From the sequence record MW812341.1: 64,000 nt of DNA, one strand, 5' to 3'. Positions 46,701-55,413 of this stretch are shown here, piece by piece; the stretch's first letter is position 1; the number at the start of each line of letters is the position of its first letter. Position numbers and translations under genes: made by a program. The notes under the pieces are model-generated. The model did no database searches. It worked only from the letters and a program-made list of their open reading frames with translations, and was not told the origin of the DNA.

Positions 46701-48752
46701 TGGAACACTTATCTCAAGTTGACCACCATGCCGTATGTGTGTACCGCTGCGGTTAATGATGGTACCTTAAACGGTTGCTATTGGGATGACGCGGGTAGCC
46801 AGAACTATCAGGCTATCGGTTCCACCCCAACGTCCGACACGCTGAACATCTCTTCGACCGAATGGAACAAGTTGATTGGCATCGTGAAATCGGCTCCGGG
46901 TTCTGGTGCTGCAAACGGTTATGCGTTCGAACGTATCAATGCCGCAGACAAGCTGCTAATCTCGCTGTTCACGTTCCGTCCTAAAGCCGCTAATGCGGTG
47001 TGGATGGTGCAGGCCGCATGTATGGCTGTGCGTAACGGTAAGACGCTCGTTGACTACTACATGTTCCGTGTAACGCCGTCTGTCTCTGCGACAGGTGATG
47101 TGACCTTCCCGGCCAGCACGGTATCACGTATCTGGTTAGCGAATGACCTGGACTACACCACTGTTAATATCTCCCTTACGGATTTCAGTGGACGTGGTCG
47201 TCGCTTTGGTCAGTCTATCCTTTGCGAAGGCACTGACAAGAAAGGTATCTTGTACATTCCAAACGTACTCTCGGTTAACCAAGTGGGTAACACGGGTGCG
47301 CTGAATCTGGAAATCGTATACGACGCCACTTCTTCGTTCGTGGCAACCGCAGGTCATCTCCGTATGCACCGTACCAATTACGACCCGTCGTATCTGGCAC
47401 CGTTAAAGGACAAGCTGTGCCTCACGAACCTCAGTTCGATTGGACCAGCCTTCTGTGCGGGGAACTCTGCGACGTTGGCGCAGTGGATGACGACTGGGAT
47501 GTATGTGCCTGATGGTTCACCGGTAGAAATCCTCGCTGGGGTGAAAACCGCCGAAGGGTGGAACTTCTACATGACGGAAACAACCAGCTGGCGTATTGGT
47601 GCGAAGTATTATAGTGCCGCACCATACTCCGTTGATTTGAAAGCCGCCTTCCCCGGTAACTATCAGAACCGTATCTTCTACGTGCATGTCGTGCTGGTGA
47701 ATAACGTTCCGCAGTATCAACTGCTGGACGCACGCCAATCAGATACCGACACTCGTCTGTATCTCGGTACGATAACGACTGACAGTTCACGCATCATTGA
47801 TACCCAGCTTGAGAAAGTGAAACGCATGGGTGGCTTGAAACAGATGTTGGAACACGCCGGGACAGAGTACCGTCACGATGTAGACCGACACACTGACCAA
47901 GCGCTGTCGCCGTTAGGGTTGCTCCGTAAAGAGCCACTGATGGTACCTGGTTCAATCCCGGCTTATCTCGATGCACGTTACAGCAACTCGGTGATTTCAC
48001 CGCAGAAGCGTTCTGAACGTCGTGCAACCATTATCAAAACACCTCGTGTGTTTGCTGATGGTGAGATTGGTGACCCGGTCGCGGACTTCTTCCCATCAGC
48101 AAAAGCCGTAGCAGCACAATCGTCTGAGAACAGTGACGCCGCAACCGCAGGCATTCTGTGGGTAGGTGCTGACCTCCCTGACCTCGGCGGTAGTTTCAAC
48201 TGGTCGGTTCGTCCACAGGTTACACCAACCAAGTCTAAGATTCGCATTCGTGTGTATATTCCTGCGAACATTGCAGGGACATCCACCAACGTGGGTATTA
48301 ATGGGCAGTGGACGCCGGTGCCACATGGCTCGAGTGTGACTATTGACCTGACAGTGTCACCGGGGACAAAACTCCTCGTGCGTATTGCAGGCTCAGTAAC
48401 CAGTCAGAACTGGCGTGTTTGGGGTTCGAAATGGATGGGCTTTAGCATCAGTGATTTTGATGAAGCCTCAGGTACAGAGACGCAGTTAACCACCTCTGGT
48501 GTGAGCACCCCGCTTATCTACAATGCGGTGAACCACAACCTGCCAAATATCGTCCTGCGTGCAGAAACGATTGATTTAGGAGTGAACACAAACAACTACT
48601 GGCCGGTCATTAGTGCTGGTAACTGCTCATGTTCACCACCGGTTATCGTGACTGATAATGCAACCACCATCAAGGTGGCGACCACCTGGGTCAGCCTATC
48701 CGGTCTAGAAACAGCGACTGACATCGCCGTTAATCTTATGCCGAGGTTATAA
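43716..48752 (+). CDS. Tail fibre protein 3 (1678 aa)
   Basis: VPPEGPFY module; LSLGNVENTAPNEKPV, HTHTFADL, ASDTVAGLVQL. Confidence 0.8.
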   Translation: MLFMSTTAPAPFSGTLKLETYPNRFNTVVPPEGPFYRTGLKLTSTGTNPRPLTEGLDYYLCYYFKEAAEALKDQVFGGIMLITETSCNYTIYSVGREYRVPQSEIGKFLVKPDMKDPRNVDWSELMRYAPVVAPIDPPTSLEEAILRDDVVKALDDIRKGILERAGELDEAYTEVTELIFANGKKIFDDNMYQHHMVKNAHQYTAEEIGALKVLTKAVDATKAFGKTIDELVDLMKRNGIQQTHIDTLMPVVLGELRGRLKVLSNGALTFRTSDSSHVITLQGDKFLITTTKPITITADADKNEPGIGVEVTSGLNAMYALSGAKAPIFNGAYLITPDMVSLYLSAVKLLPANAYFSSTDSVKIYGSAKDYSPVNMTGVVPTATTAVPGLLLVTSVSANISAGAAISQAAVSALKTTLDNYVDSTYKVNNKGFVTNPTTGNQELTLLASDLSLGNVENTAPNEKPVTTAIRAVLNTKALSTHTHTFADLTGVPTASDTVAGLVQLWDAIDATTDKVVTSKQGYNVQQKINTVKATVNKLLPSWTTAGSQFGNPGFLPIPTVGNFAGYQKNLEGNGRLGVVRKEAGTLYVLRNATDGIPNTDNIYYAYAEMPDSGALNNRQQTSVTYKPVGLATLAPGVRLVKIILPGDDGMIAYGSDGKYYLVLFNGTLNHAKHTAVYEFTPPQENSDGGTRALTIDALTMQLVVYKDKVYLIKALLDNTRYCVGVWSGKPGETFTNFPLTGGVGTNGDYTLLKATLTNRITQRDGTHYFTQAGWDYWTQGKNVQHGPHANRAGIVKNTQFRMGFCVSVWLATAAGSTGFKRWPTSFTFDFETKAIAIDNPEIFPMKVDETGITFATGVNMNDYNQDVKWAYGSANNRTYVSFSGDNLMVFWDQPENTSMAGCSSSKIPNGLDVFDFLSGKSKPGASQVAAWAFNQGRGSVYEMSMSSPVFVGSNSYLMSPVQANKAILVECDPNTKYDSAYGGFGPTNNRTDFDWNTYLKLTTMPYVCTAAVNDGTLNGCYWDDAGSQNYQAIGSTPTSDTLNISSTEWNKLIGIVKSAPGSGAANGYAFERINAADKLLISLFTFRPKAANAVWMVQAACMAVRNGKTLVDYYMFRVTPSVSATGDVTFPASTVSRIWLANDLDYTTVNISLTDFSGRGRRFGQSILCEGTDKKGILYIPNVLSVNQVGNTGALNLEIVYDATSSFVATAGHLRMHRTNYDPSYLAPLKDKLCLTNLSSIGPAFCAGNSATLAQWMTTGMYVPDGSPVEILAGVKTAEGWNFYMTETTSWRIGAKYYSAAPYSVDLKAAFPGNYQNRIFYVHVVLVNNVPQYQLLDARQSDTDTRLYLGTITTDSSRIIDTQLEKVKRMGGLKQMLEHAGTEYRHDVDRHTDQALSPLGLLRKEPLMVPGSIPAYLDARYSNSVISPQKRSERRATIIKTPRVFADGEIGDPVADFFPSAKAVAAQSSENSDAATAGILWVGADLPDLGGSFNWSVRPQVTPTKSKIRIRVYIPANIAGTSTNVGINGQWTPVPHGSSVTIDLTVSPGTKLLVRIAGSVTSQNWRVWGSKWMGFSISDFDEASGTETQLTTSGVSTPLIYNAVNHNLPNIVLRAETIDLGVNTNNYWPVISAGNCSCSPPVIVTDNATTIKVATTWVSLSGLETATDIAVNLMPRL

Positions 48753-48785
48753 ATCATGGGGACAGGGATGTCCCGATAAGGGAGT

Positions 48786-49991
48786 TTGGCCATGCCAGAT
48801 ATTTTACTTCAGTATCCACTCGACCTCACGGGGAAGATGACGTCTAACGCCGTCAGTATTCCTATCGTACTGGGTGGTGGGAAAGTTAACCGTGCGTTCG
48901 CTTTCCCGGCGGGGCCGTTCTACGCAGATACGTTTAAGCTGCGACCAGCGAACTCGCCAAACACGACGTATAAGCGCGGTGTCGATTACGAGCTTATCTA
49001 TATCCATCCCGTTTACCAGAAGCTTGCCGGTAACAAAGAAATCTGTATGGCTGTCGTTGTTACAAACAGCGCCATCCCGACCGATGTTGTTGCCAGTGCG
49101 CAAGTCACAGGTGGTCCGCAGTCAGCGAACATTGCTGCGATTAAACAGGCGCTGATTGACGCGAACCTGGATGACCGTGTGGTAAACTTCAAAGACCTGC
49201 GTAATGTACCGGATACCTTTGCGGCTGCTCCGTCCTTTAAAGACATCGGCGACATCTTTGGTTTTGAATACATCATTACCGAACTGGCAGGTATCCGCGA
49301 TAGCATTAACTCGGGTAACACCGTTCAGTTAGAACAACTGAAAGTGTTGATTGAGAATATGCAGACGCAGTTTATGGCTGCACTGAATAATCACATCAAT
49401 GCCCAGGGTAACGTTCACAGCCTGGATATCCATCAGGCAAACGGTTTAACTGAAACGGAAATCCGTGCACTGATTCAAGGTGTGCAAACAGCAATCAATG
49501 CTGTCCTGGCCGACATCGGGGATTTGAAAGCGGCAGATACGGCAATCAACCAACGCATTGATGCGGTAGTGGCGGCATTGGGTTCCTGGAACGATCAGCT
49601 GAACTCAGTAGCGCAGAACTATCAACGCATGGCGTTGCAGATGGCGAATCTGAACGACCTGGTCGCGCAACTCCAGAAGATGGTCAATGACCAGAATCAG
49701 GTGATTGCAGGGTTGAATCAACGTATCACTGACCTGGAAAATTCGGGGCAAGATACGCAGCAACAGATTCAACAGCTCCAGCAGGACTTGACGGCACTGC
49801 GTCAACAGGTCGCCAACAACACCTCTGCTATTTCGACGGTGTCTCAGAACCTGAATACGCACGTCAATGCCGACAACCCGCACCCGAAATATCTCCACAA
49901 GCAGTACGGCGGCGTGGTTCAAGCTGCGGTACACGTCAACTCGAGCCTTACTTCTCGAGACGACGTACAGGCGGAAGCAGGTACCAAATAA
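48786..49991 (+). CDS. Short fibre/baseplate adaptor with Asn/Gln-rich coiled coil
   Basis: FPAGPFY module; long heptad region; HVNADNPHPKYL. Confidence 0.75.
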   Translation: MAMPDILLQYPLDLTGKMTSNAVSIPIVLGGGKVNRAFAFPAGPFYADTFKLRPANSPNTTYKRGVDYELIYIHPVYQKLAGNKEICMAVVVTNSAIPTDVVASAQVTGGPQSANIAAIKQALIDANLDDRVVNFKDLRNVPDTFAAAPSFKDIGDIFGFEYIITELAGIRDSINSGNTVQLEQLKVLIENMQTQFMAALNNHINAQGNVHSLDIHQANGLTETEIRALIQGVQTAINAVLADIGDLKAADTAINQRIDAVVAALGSWNDQLNSVAQNYQRMALQMANLNDLVAQLQKMVNDQNQVIAGLNQRITDLENSGQDTQQQIQQLQQDLTALRQQVANNTSAISTVSQNLNTHVNADNPHPKYLHKQYGGVVQAAVHVNSSLTSRDDVQAEAGTK

Positions 49992-50053
49992 GTCTCTTTA
50001 CGCGAGGACCTGTCTATATGGCAGTGTCCTCCCTTATTTATTAAAGGAAACGT

Positions 50054-50437
50054 ATGGCAATCTCATTAAAAAACGTACGCGACCGCCTGCAAAGCGTGGA
50101 GAACACTTACGCAACTGGACCTCGGGTTGATCCCCAGGTAGCATCGGGGGCTTTTAACGCAGCGGATCGCTTCGCTGGTTGGACGCCTGCTCAGTTGGAT
50201 TGTGGTGGAACGTGTAGCTGGTCGTGCTCTAATGGTTGTTCCGCATCGTGTACGAGTTGTTCGGGTACTTGTACCTCAACGTGTACTGGTGCATGTACAG
50301 GCGGGTGTTCTACCGGCTGTTCTGGTTGTTCCGGTTGTTCCGGGAGTTGCTCTGGTAGCTGCTCTGGTAAATGTAGCGGCTGTTCTGGTTCCTGTGGTTC
50401 CGGCTGCGGTGGCTGTTCAGGCTGTTCGGGGCCGTAG
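50054..50437 (+). CDS. Cys-rich CXXX-repeat peptide P1 (candidate radical SAM substrate)
   Basis: Leader MAISLKNVRDRL; CGGTCSWSCS core; 21 Cys in CxxxC/CxxC spacing; SD AAGGA. Confidence 0.85.
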   Translation: MAISLKNVRDRLQSVENTYATGPRVDPQVASGAFNAADRFAGWTPAQLDCGGTCSWSCSNGCSASCTSCSGTCTSTCTGACTGGCSTGCSGCSGCSGSCSGSCSGKCSGCSGSCGSGCGGCSGCSGP

Positions 50438-50830
50438 GGGAAAAACATGGCAATCAACCTCAGAGATATTCAAAACCGGCTCAGTGCTATCGATGCTGCT
50501 GCATTGAAAGACAACGCCGGTGTACAAACCTACATCCGCAACAAGGGAACCAACAACTCACAGCGTTTCGGGGGTTTCTCCCGTGAGCACTATGACTGCG
50601 GCGGTACTTGTAGTTGGAGCTGTTCTTCATGCTCCGGTGGGTGTTCTGGCTCGGCATCAGGAACCTGTGGGGCCAGCTGCTCCGCAAGTTGTACGTCAGG
50701 TTGTTCATCGACGTGTACGGGCTGCTCAGGATGTTCGGGCAGTTGCTCTAGCGGTTGTTCTGGTACCTGTACGGGCGGTTGTAGCTCTTCGTGCAGCTCA
50801 AGTTGTTCCGGTTGTTCTGGGTGTTCAGGA
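50200..50830 (+). repeat. Imperfect 9/12-nt tandem repeats (TGT/TGC-TCN-GGN) encoding CSG/CSGS units in P1 and P2
   Basis: For example TGTTCTGGTTGTTCCGGTTGTTCCGGGAGTTGCTCTGGTAGCTGCTCTGGT. Confidence 0.8.
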
Positions 50831-50842
50831 CCACAACGCTAA
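50447..50842 (+). CDS. Cys-rich CXXX-repeat peptide P2
   Basis: Leader MAINLRDIQNRL; HYDCGGTCSWSCS; 20 Cys. Confidence 0.85.
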   Translation: MAINLRDIQNRLSAIDAAALKDNAGVQTYIRNKGTNNSQRFGGFSREHYDCGGTCSWSCSSCSGGCSGSASGTCGASCSASCTSGCSSTCTGCSGCSGSCSSGCSGTCTGGCSSSCSSSCSGCSGCSGPQR

Positions 50843-50867
50843 CGGTATAGCCGACCCCTCACCATAT

Positions 50868-50893
50868 TTTTTACACACTTGGGGGTTACTGTG
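50868..50893 (+). promoter_or_regulatory. Bipartite promoter variant TTTTTACA-N14-TGTG inside the peptide cluster
   Basis: Counted spacing; the TGTG overlaps the P3 start codon. Confidence 0.45.
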
Positions 50894-51097
50894 ATATCAC
50901 TTAAAAGTATCAGAGACAAGCTAGGGCAAGTGGAAGGCTACATCCGTACTGACGATGCGAACGATTACATTCGTAACAGTGGTACGGTAAGCACCACGAA
51001 CAACCTGGCAAGTCTCCCATTATCGCATTACAATTGCGGCGGGTCTTGCAGCTGGACGTGCAGCGGTGGCTGTAGTCACGGAGCAGGAAACCGTTAA
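50891..51097 (+). CDS. Short Cys peptide P3 (68 aa, 4 Cys)
   Basis: GTG start gives MISLKSIRDKL, matching the P1/P2 leader; HYNCGGSCSWTCSGGCS. Confidence 0.75.
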   Translation: MISLKSIRDKLGQVEGYIRTDDANDYIRNSGTVSTTNNLASLPLSHYNCGGSCSWTCSGGCSHGAGNR

Positions 51098-51109
51098 GGG
51101 GAGTTTTAA

Positions 51110-51997
51110 ATGAAGAACGATATGCACCTTGCGTTTCGCACAACGCAAAACTTTCCGTTACAAATCAGCATCTATGACAGCGTGAAGTATCATCTAACGG
51201 GCGAAATCCTGTTGATTACTCAGCTGCCAGCTGAATGGCCGAAGGTTCGCGGACGTGAGTTAATCAATCCGAAAAACTTCGAAGTGCTGAATGATTACAT
51301 GTTGGCTGGGCACAAGGTTGAGCATATCTACCTGAATACCGGTGAGCAGGAAATCAACGGCAAGTTCATCGACCGCAAATACTTCTTCAGCGACGGTGTG
51401 CTGAACCAGTGCGGTGATTTAGAAATGCTGTTGACGCCGTTTGCAGAAACGGGCCTCAAGCCAATGGTGCGCCGTGAGTGGAGCTGGGACTACCCGAGTT
51501 CTCTGCCATTCTGGTATTCGCAAGTGCCTGCGGAAACCGAGCACTACGAAGGGGTAGAAATCTATTACCCAATCGAAGGCTACGAAAGCCTCGGCATCCA
51601 CAAGATGCTCGACCTCTTAGCATTCAGCTATAAGTTTAAATGGCTGCACAGCGAGAAGAAATTTGTTGCCATCACTGACGAACACGAAATCACCAAGCGT
51701 ATCCGCAAACCGTGGATGCAGTATCTGGTGCAGTGGAAGTACGGTGAAGCGCCGGGAACCGAAGCAGACTTAACGAAGCTGGTGAGCTTCTTAATGCAGA
51801 AGGTTGACCTGAGCGTTGAAGAGCAAGTGGCCGCTAGTGCAATCCTCGAACGTAAGGTTACTCTCGATGACCTGGAACGCATTAACGAGCGTCATGAAGT
51901 GCTGAACAAGATTCTTGCTGCTTACCATGACCCCTTCGTATTGAAGCAGGGTGTGGACATCAAAGAAGACCCACTGTTCGCACTGACATTCGAATAA
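51110..51997 (+). CDS. Accessory protein of the peptide/radical SAM cluster (295 aa)
   Basis: SD GGGGAG; no motif recognised. Confidence 0.75.
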   Translation: MKNDMHLAFRTTQNFPLQISIYDSVKYHLTGEILLITQLPAEWPKVRGRELINPKNFEVLNDYMLAGHKVEHIYLNTGEQEINGKFIDRKYFFSDGVLNQCGDLEMLLTPFAETGLKPMVRREWSWDYPSSLPFWYSQVPAETEHYEGVEIYYPIEGYESLGIHKMLDLLAFSYKFKWLHSEKKFVAITDEHEITKRIRKPWMQYLVQWKYGEAPGTEADLTKLVSFLMQKVDLSVEEQVAASAILERKVTLDDLERINERHEVLNKILAAYHDPFVLKQGVDIKEDPLFALTFE

Positions 51998-52018
51998 AAA
52001 TACTGGAGTAAACCTGCA

Positions 52019-52924
52019 ATGAGTGAAGAAGCTGTGTCGGCCATTCGTCGCGACCCGACAGACACTCCCATGGAACTGTCTATCGTTACCACCTCGAAGT
52101 GCAACTTAGATTGTAGCTTCTGTGGTGGTGCGGGGTATATGGATGTCAAGGACGTTGCGCGCGACATCCAGAAAGATAAACTGTTCGAGGTGCTAGAGCA
52201 GCACCCAACGATCCGCCAGATTAACTGGACAGGCGGAGAGCCTTTACTGGCTTTCAAGAAAATCCAGGAGTTCATGGCAGAACTGAAAGAACGTTACCCG
52301 CACCTGCAACACGAGATGTACACTAACGCGTTGCGTCTGAGCCCTGAGCAGCTTCCGCTACTCTCCCAGCTTGACCGTATCTTCGTCTCGTTTGACGGAT
52401 ACGAAAAATCAGAACGTCCTTTACTGCGCATTGCAGAAGAAGGTCGCTTTGAGGTGTTTGATACCCTGCACGCTCTCAACAATGTGAGCCTGTGGTCGGT
52501 AGTAACCCGTGCTCAGCTGGGTGATAAGCGCTGGCAGGATGATTTACTGGAACTCCACCGTGCAACGTATCACTACGGGTTCCAGGGTTTCCGTCTGATG
52601 TTTGATAACTACATGCCTAAGCCGTTGTCGCCTGACCATGTGATGAACTTCATGTACGGCTACAACAAAATGCATGAGCAGCTGACCTATCTGAATCGTA
52701 TCAACGATTCACACATTCCACTGAGCATCAATAAGTTCTTCGCTCAGCATTGTGATGATTGTAGCAGCTTGATGTGGGTCAAGTCAGATTCGACGTTTGA
52801 GCAAAACCAAAACGCCGTTGATGTCATTGATTCTGGGTGTAATCGTCTGGCCGAAGTGATTGGCTTTGATGCGTACAAGTACATCAATCGAACTATTCAG
52901 GCGGGACTAAATAATGCGCGATAG
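52019..52924 (+). CDS. Radical SAM enzyme 1 (short C-terminal Cys domain)
   Basis: CNLDCSFC (CxxxCxxC), WTGGEPLL, VSFDG, C-terminal CDDC...GC. Confidence 0.9.
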   Translation: MSEEAVSAIRRDPTDTPMELSIVTTSKCNLDCSFCGGAGYMDVKDVARDIQKDKLFEVLEQHPTIRQINWTGGEPLLAFKKIQEFMAELKERYPHLQHEMYTNALRLSPEQLPLLSQLDRIFVSFDGYEKSERPLLRIAEEGRFEVFDTLHALNNVSLWSVVTRAQLGDKRWQDDLLELHRATYHYGFQGFRLMFDNYMPKPLSPDHVMNFMYGYNKMHEQLTYLNRINDSHIPLSINKFFAQHCDDCSSLMWVKSDSTFEQNQNAVDVIDSGCNRLAEVIGFDAYKYINRTIQAGLNNAR

Positions 52925-54254
52925 TTTCATTCCGGCCTCAGAGCCGAAAATCACAAAGACCTATCAGGTCGTGACCAACCTGTCGTGCAACCTCGACTGT
53001 GAGTATTGCTACGAACGTAAGTATCCGCGTAACAACAAAGTCGTGGATGCGGTAGACTTCATCCATGCGTGCTTCGACCGTGACCGTCATCTTCCAAATG
53101 TGGAAGTGATTATCGACATCATCGGCGGTGAGCCAATGATGCAGCCGAAGATTCTGCTGGGTGTGTTTGAAGCCGCTGAAGAACTGGCCGCTCGTGATGG
53201 GCGTGATGTTATCTTCTCTATCTCCACGAACGGTACGCTGTTTGACAAACCGTTGAACCGTGAAATCATCGAGCGTTGGAAAGACAGACTGTCTATCGGC
53301 GTATCCATCGATGGTCTGCCGGAAGTGCACGATAAGTACCGTATCTTCACCACCACGCGTGAAGGTTCGTACGAGAAGGCCATGAAGGGCTATAACTACC
53401 TCAAGTCCGTGGGTATCCTCGAGCTGGGTGTGAAGGCAACCTTTACTTCTGATACGCTGCCGAAATACGGCGCGTCAATGAAGCACCTGATTGACGTTAC
53501 TGGTGGTGGTACACTGTCCGGTAACGTAACGTACGAAGACGTACTGCCGCGTAGCTCCGCTCTGGAAATCGCTAACCAGATGATGGACGTTATCGACTAC
53601 TGGTTTGAGAAGGGCTTGCAGAAAGACCCGCGTAACCGTCTGACCCACATCTTCCCAGATGGTCTGGACTTCATGGCAACATGGGACCCAGATTGGCGTC
53701 AGAAACTGCTGGATGATGAAGCAACACGTCTTGACCCTGAGCGTGTGCGTCCATTCTGTGGTACCGTAACGCACATGACCTGCCTGGGCTTTGACCGTAA
53801 GATTTACGGTTGTAACCGCTTCATGTCAACTGTTACCACACGCCAGGCTATTGGCGAGTTAGTGGGACGTGAGATTGTGAACACCGACGGCGGTAAGCTG
53901 TTAGGTGAAATCAATAAGCAGTACACCAACTACCCAGAAACTTGCCTGGGTTGTCCGATGAAGCACGCCTGTGGTAGCTGTGCTGCTGCTGCGTACGAAA
54001 ACGGTGATGGTGAACTGGAAGCACGTCGTGAATACCATGGCGAACGTCGCCAGTGTGGTTGGACGACGGCTAAGCTGCTTGTAGCCGAATACTTCTATCA
54101 GAAGACCGGTACAATCCGCTACACCGACCTGAACGATAAAACCCAGTGCTACTGCGTATCTTGTGTACGTGCTCGCTCTGAGGCAGAAAAGAAAACTCAA
54201 TTAGGAGCACCTGCGAATGAAGTCCCTGCTAATACACAATTTTACGAAGCGTAG
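52914..54254 (+). CDS. Radical SAM/SPASM peptide maturase
   Basis: CNLDCEYC, IGGEPM, STNGT, SIDG..HDKYR; SPASM-like CG..C..GCNRF..CLGCPMKHACGSC..C; extra CYCVSC. Confidence 0.92.
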   Translation: MRDSFIPASEPKITKTYQVVTNLSCNLDCEYCYERKYPRNNKVVDAVDFIHACFDRDRHLPNVEVIIDIIGGEPMMQPKILLGVFEAAEELAARDGRDVIFSISTNGTLFDKPLNREIIERWKDRLSIGVSIDGLPEVHDKYRIFTTTREGSYEKAMKGYNYLKSVGILELGVKATFTSDTLPKYGASMKHLIDVTGGGTLSGNVTYEDVLPRSSALEIANQMMDVIDYWFEKGLQKDPRNRLTHIFPDGLDFMATWDPDWRQKLLDDEATRLDPERVRPFCGTVTHMTCLGFDRKIYGCNRFMSTVTTRQAIGELVGREIVNTDGGKLLGEINKQYTNYPETCLGCPMKHACGSCAAAAYENGDGELEARREYHGERRQCGWTTAKLLVAEYFYQKTGTIRYTDLNDKTQCYCVSCVRARSEAEKKTQLGAPANEVPANTQFYEA

Positions 54255-54774
54255 TCTTCACCTGGTAGACTTGTTTCTCCGTAAACATAAGCTGTACAAC
54301 GTTCACGCGATTGTACCGGCTGAAGACTTCTCCAAGGAAGTGGAAGCCCTGTGTGTTCGCTTTGGGCTTAACGTGATTGTTCCGCTGTCCGGTCTGGAAG
54401 GTGGTCATCTCTCGTTGCAGGAAGTGGAGAAGCGTAACCCCGGTATCGAGGAACGCATCAAAACCTTCCCGCGTCACAAAATCGAAATCCTGCGCCGTTC
54501 TACGCGCAATATGGATGCCGAAAACCTGTTGGGTCTCGCCATGAACTGGCCTGAGATCCGCGTGCGTGCTTGTCGTTCCCTGGAGCAGTATGATGCCTTC
54601 GGGGAAGAGATGCATATGGTGTTTGGATTTATGGAACAGAACCAGGACGATGCCAAGCTGCTCAACTTCCACTTCGGTGATGAGTTGGAAACCGATTTCC
54701 AGATGTTTGATTTCGGGCTGGCAATGGAACTGGGGCTGGTAGGAGCGAATGAATGCTTACTAATGACGAAATAA
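54217..54774 (+). CDS. Accessory hypothetical protein (185 aa)
   Basis: Overlaps both neighbours; SD AGGAG. Confidence 0.7.
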   Translation: MKSLLIHNFTKRSLHLVDLFLRKHKLYNVHAIVPAEDFSKEVEALCVRFGLNVIVPLSGLEGGHLSLQEVEKRNPGIEERIKTFPRHKIEILRRSTRNMDAENLLGLAMNWPEIRVRACRSLEQYDAFGEEMHMVFGFMEQNQDDAKLLNFHFGDELETDFQMFDFGLAMELGLVGANECLLMTK

Positions 54775-55409
54775 AACGTCGTTACTTCGAGATGGGTGCG
54801 CCAATTGACCGTCATGGCAATTACCAGGCCATCCACCGTACCGAAGATGCTACCAAGCAGGGGTTCTGTACCCTGCTGCATTACCATCTGTTAAATGGGA
54901 TGACAGACAAGGCAGCGATGGCTGCTTTAAAAGGTTACGACCTGTCTGACGTTGAGGTCAACTTCATCATGAAGAAGACCAAAGACTTTATCGCAGATGT
55001 TCTGGAACTGCCGTTGGATGACATCCGTAAAGGACTGGCATCTACGGTCGGCCACATGTGGCGTGAGTTTAACCGTATCTTGGGTGAGTTGAATACCCGT
55101 TACGAAAACCTGCGTTTCGAAGACATTGTTGTTGGTGACCGTCGTTATCAAGCGACCGAGAAATCGCGTGCTGCCCTGGCTGGTTATATTCAGTCTGCGG
55201 TTGACCCGATGTATTGGATTGATGCGATGAACACCCCAGTGGAGCCGTTTGACATGTCAAACGTGCAAGAACTGTATGCGGCGATTATCCAACGTGATAA
55301 TGACCTGCACATGGCGCTGAATGTGAAGAAACAAAAACTTCGCACACTGGCAGAAAAGAATGACTTCACTGCGGTGATGGCAATGGCCAAGGAAGAAAAC
55401 CTGGCGTAA
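54753..55409 (+). CDS. DUF4376-like / tail fibre assembly-type protein
   Basis: C-terminal RRYQATEKSR..WIDAMN..FDMS..LY.AI..R..LH..KKQKLR pattern. Confidence 0.6.
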   Translation: MLTNDEIKRRYFEMGAPIDRHGNYQAIHRTEDATKQGFCTLLHYHLLNGMTDKAAMAALKGYDLSDVEVNFIMKKTKDFIADVLELPLDDIRKGLASTVGHMWREFNRILGELNTRYENLRFEDIVVGDRRYQATEKSRAALAGYIQSAVDPMYWIDAMNTPVEPFDMSNVQELYAAIIQRDNDLHMALNVKKQKLRTLAEKNDFTAVMAMAKEENLA

Positions 55410-55413
55410 GACG

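Noticed and set aside
50200-50830. Possible CRISPR-like or satellite array
   Set aside because: Repeats are codon-phased, imperfect, lack unique spacers and are explained by the Cys-rich proteins
50191-50894. PEQ-repeat ORF (50191..50457, minus) and Val-rich ORFs (50202..50507, 50520..50894, plus)
   Set aside because: Alternative-frame shadows of the CSG repeat; no SD, while P1 and P2 have SDs and a shared leader
52019-54254. Radical SAMs as QueE, NrdG or anaerobic sulfatase activators
   Set aside because: No que/nrdD/sulfatase genes in the window; the SPASM domain and adjacency to Cys-repeat peptides fit peptide maturases better
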